Part shown: in pieces, positions 61,475 to 64,000 of the stretch
Position numbering within the stretch: the stretch's first letter is position 1
How the letters are laid out: every line of letters starts with the position of its first letter
Origin: Azolla caroliniana
Lineage: Eukaryota; Plantae; Polypodiophyta
Direction: 5' to 3'
Assembly (NCBI GenBank): GCA_043228905.1
Contig: JBHGNT010000018.1
Coordinates: 2,852,001-2,916,000 of the forward strand
DNA length: 64,000 nucleotides
The notes under the pieces: model-generated
What the model was told of the DNA's origin: nothing
Database searches by the model: none
What the model saw: only the letters and a program-made list of their open reading frames with translations
Translations under genes and position numbers: made by a program

Positions 61475-64000
61475 TGTCGTGAAGAAAACCGTCCACAAGC
61501 GGAATCGGTGTACCAGAGCGTAGAAACCGACTCTTCATGCACGTGCGCCTTAAGTTGTACACGGGAGATCCTAGGTAGATTCGGTAGGTAGGGAGTAAAG
61601 GGGGGGGGAAACGGCTCCTTCCTTGCCTATAAAAGGAGGGAGACGAGGAGAGTAAAGGGATCGCGGAGAGTCGAGGACGAAGTGCTGACGGATTGGGCGC
61701 GAAGGCTTCTCTCTCTCTCTCTCTCTCTCTGGTTCGTAGACTCCATAGCTTCCTTCTGTGCAGGTTTCGGGAGGCTCGCGCTGCTCTGAGGAAAGCCCGA
61801 GTGCTTCCGGCAGCACCTCCAACCTGTTCCTGTCTTTCTGTGCGCTTACGAACAGGCATCGGCATCTGTCCGCCGGCCTGTTCGGTTGTAACCGACTTCG
61901 TGCTTTGTTGTCTTCGTGTTTTTGTCGTTTGTCTTGTGAATACATACATACTTTCGTGTCTTTCTGTGTCGCTGTCCCATTCACATCTTTGCGTCGAAGG
62001 GCCGTGTCCCTGTGATTCTACGCTCGCACGTAGTGGGTCTCTCTCTTTTACTCTTCGGTACAGGACCCCCGAGGTCCCGCCTCACTCCACGTATCCGCGA
62101 GGAATACCTCGACATATTTGGTGAACCCGACGTGAAGGAGGCGGCAGAAGAGCAGAAGATGAGGGGGTCGGATCTTGCAGAGGCCATGGCTTCGGCCGTG
62201 GATCGAATATTGAGCACACGCGAGGGCACCGGTGCCCTCGACAGAGCCATTGAGGCGGTCGTCGGTACGATCGGCCGTTTCAGCGGAAAGGATGCCACGA
62301 GGTATTTGGCGTCCTACGGGGCGGAAATGCTGATGCGGGACATTCCGGAAGAGAGGCGTCTTGCCGGGTTCCCTCGGGTGGCGATGCCGAGCATCCATGC
62401 GGAGGTGCTCGAGGTACGGGCGGAGAGTCGTACCTGGGAGGAGTTCGAAGGCCGACTCCTAGAGAAATATGGGCTGGACGACGCGCTTCGGCTTTCGAAA
62501 TGGGACTTCATTGAATGGGTGGAGTCCCCCGGCAAAGGAAGAAACGCGTCGGCACTCCTCCGGGAGTTCGAAGAACGCTTTGCGCGCCTTTCGGCGCTTG
62601 ACCGAACTATCCTGGATACGAGCCGGGTCCTACTGTTCGTCAAGTCGGTGGACGAGCGGGACCGGGATCAAGTCGGCTCCTTGCTGGAAACTGAAGACAG
62701 GTTGACGACCGACTGGGCTGCAGTTAAGAGAGTCTGTGGCCGTTTCGACAAACGGCGAGAATGGGCTGACAACGGGGCGGCCGGTGCGGGCTCTGTTACA
62801 GCAAGGAGGCTTGAACCGGCGCCGCAAGTGCGAAGGGAAGAAACCCGGGAATGGCTCGAAACCGGTCCGGCTTCGACCAGCATGGTCAATGGCTCGTCCG
62901 GAGGAGCAGCGGTAGAGGAGTTGACGCGGGCGATAAAGGATCTCCAGATCGCCCAGACTCGAAGGGAAGGCGGCGATCCGGCTCGTGACCGACGGCCGGC
63001 AGCGGGGAACAGGTGCATGTGGTGCGACGAGGTCGGCCACATTCGGAAGGACTGCGGCGATTTCGCAGAGGCGCTGAGAAACCGGCTGGTGTACCTGTGG
63101 GAAGGCCGGGTGCACGCTGGCGACACTAGGAGGGCCCTGAGCCGAAACGACGGGCGAGGAGGTATGAAGAGACTGATGGAAGAGGCAGCGGCCCGACACG
63201 TGGAGGCCATCCACTACTCGGCGTCGGCCGGCATTCGGGTCGGGGGCAGCGAGGCCCGAAAGGAGGGCAAAGACGGATTCTGATCGGCGATGCTGGAAGG
63301 CCTCGCCGGCGCGCGACTGAGGAAAGATGAAACGGACCACGCTGAGAGACGGGTCCGGGAAATAACTAGGTGGAGCGATCCGGTCGAGGAGAAGACGGGC
63401 TTCGTAGAAGCCGCTTGCCGGAACTACGAGGCTCTGGTAGAAGAGAAACGAGTGGGGAAAGCTGGAGCGACCGGGCCCTCACAACGGTACGAGACCCGAT
63501 TCAAACAACAACGGAACGATGCCGGTGGGCCCGGCCCGCAAGATAACCCCAGGAAGGGCGGGTACCGACTGGGGACAGAAATAGAAAGGACTACGGACCT
63601 ACGGAAGGTCCTAGAGGAACGGATCCTCGACAGCAAAGTGGAGCTGTCATTGCGAGAGGTGCTAGGGATCGCCAAGAAGGAATTCCACGACTCCATTGTG
63701 GACCTGGTGAAACGGAAGAGGCTGCCAACGGAGACGGATGCGGAAAGACCGGTAGAGGTGCGGACGACGCACATCGACGACTCGGCGCTGGCAGATGAGT
63801 GGGCGGAGAGCCACTATTCGAGGCCACACTGGGCCCGAGCGACCGCGGAGACCCCGGTAAAGATCGGAGATGTTCGGGAACCGGTGGTGGCGTTGGTGGA
63901 CCACGGTTCGGAAATAAACCTAATGTCCATGGACTTCTATAAGAAGGGGAAGTGGCCGATCAACACCAAGCACGGGTGGAAGATACGGGCGGCGACGCGC
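61475..64000 (+). mobile_element. Ty3/gypsy LTR retrotransposon, 5' part (LTR, gag, protease), runs off the window
   Basis: Putative LTR ~61475-61985 (TGT...CACA, TATAAAA at ~61628); GC-rich gag ORF with CMWCDEVGHIRKDC; in-frame continuation to ALVDHGSEINLMS protease. Confidence 0.85.
62159..63283 (+). CDS. Gypsy Gag (zinc knuckle); frame continues after one TGA into the protease
   Basis: Lies within ORF 62012-63283 (first ATG ~62159), with FSGKDATRYL..Y, LLFVKSVD and CX2CX4HX4C. Reading stays open from 63284 to the window end. Confidence 0.75.
   Translation: MRGSDLAEAMASAVDRILSTREGTGALDRAIEAVVGTIGRFSGKDATRYLASYGAEMLMRDIPEERRLAGFPRVAMPSIHAEVLEVRAESRTWEEFEGRLLEKYGLDDALRLSKWDFIEWVESPGKGRNASALLREFEERFARLSALDRTILDTSRVLLFVKSVDERDRDQVGSLLETEDRLTTDWAAVKRVCGRFDKRREWADNGAAGAGSVTARRLEPAPQVRREETREWLETGPASTSMVNGSSGGAAVEELTRAIKDLQIAQTRREGGDPARDRRPAAGNRCMWCDEVGHIRKDCGDFAEALRNRLVYLWEGRVHAGDTRRALSRNDGRGGMKRLMEEAAARHVEAIHYSASAGIRVGGSEARKEGKDGF

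Noticed and set aside
61475-64000. GC-rich end of the window as bacterial contamination or a horizontally acquired gene
   Set aside because: It has an LTR with TATA box and CT microsatellite, a gag zinc knuckle and a retropepsin motif, and it interrupts a copia gag, so it is a gypsy element.

Overview
Eukaryotic land-plant genomic DNA: AT-rich, intron-rich and transposon-dense. A fern or other large-genome non-flowering plant is my inference only. Three intact spliced genes can be reconstructed by hand, all on +: a BEL1-like TALE homeobox gene (754-4828, 4 exons), a sterol C-14 reductase FACKEL/ERG24 homologue (9033-27205, 13 exons, long TE-filled introns) and an ARA6/RABF1 Rab5 GTPase (48247-55208, 8 exons). 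Transposons include several Ty1/copia elements (one intact, with apparently identical LTRs, nested in a near full-length LINE), two solo LTRs, LINE fragments, two copies of a hAT-like MITE and the 5' part of a Ty3/gypsy element. Three structures stand out. (i) A ~6 kb segment running from inside BEL1 exon 1 to just past ARA6 exon 1 is duplicated as a direct repeat on either side of the ~37 kb FACKEL block. (ii) Most of the piece missing from the second copy (BEL1 last exon plus 3' region) sits inverted inside FACKEL intron 1, so the FACKEL pre-mRNA carries ~1.6 kb antisense to the neighbouring BEL1 gene. (iii) A higher-order tandem array of decayed tRNA-Asn(GTT) copies lies at 56.4-57.6 kb. 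All alignments were done by eye and coordinates may be off by a few bases.
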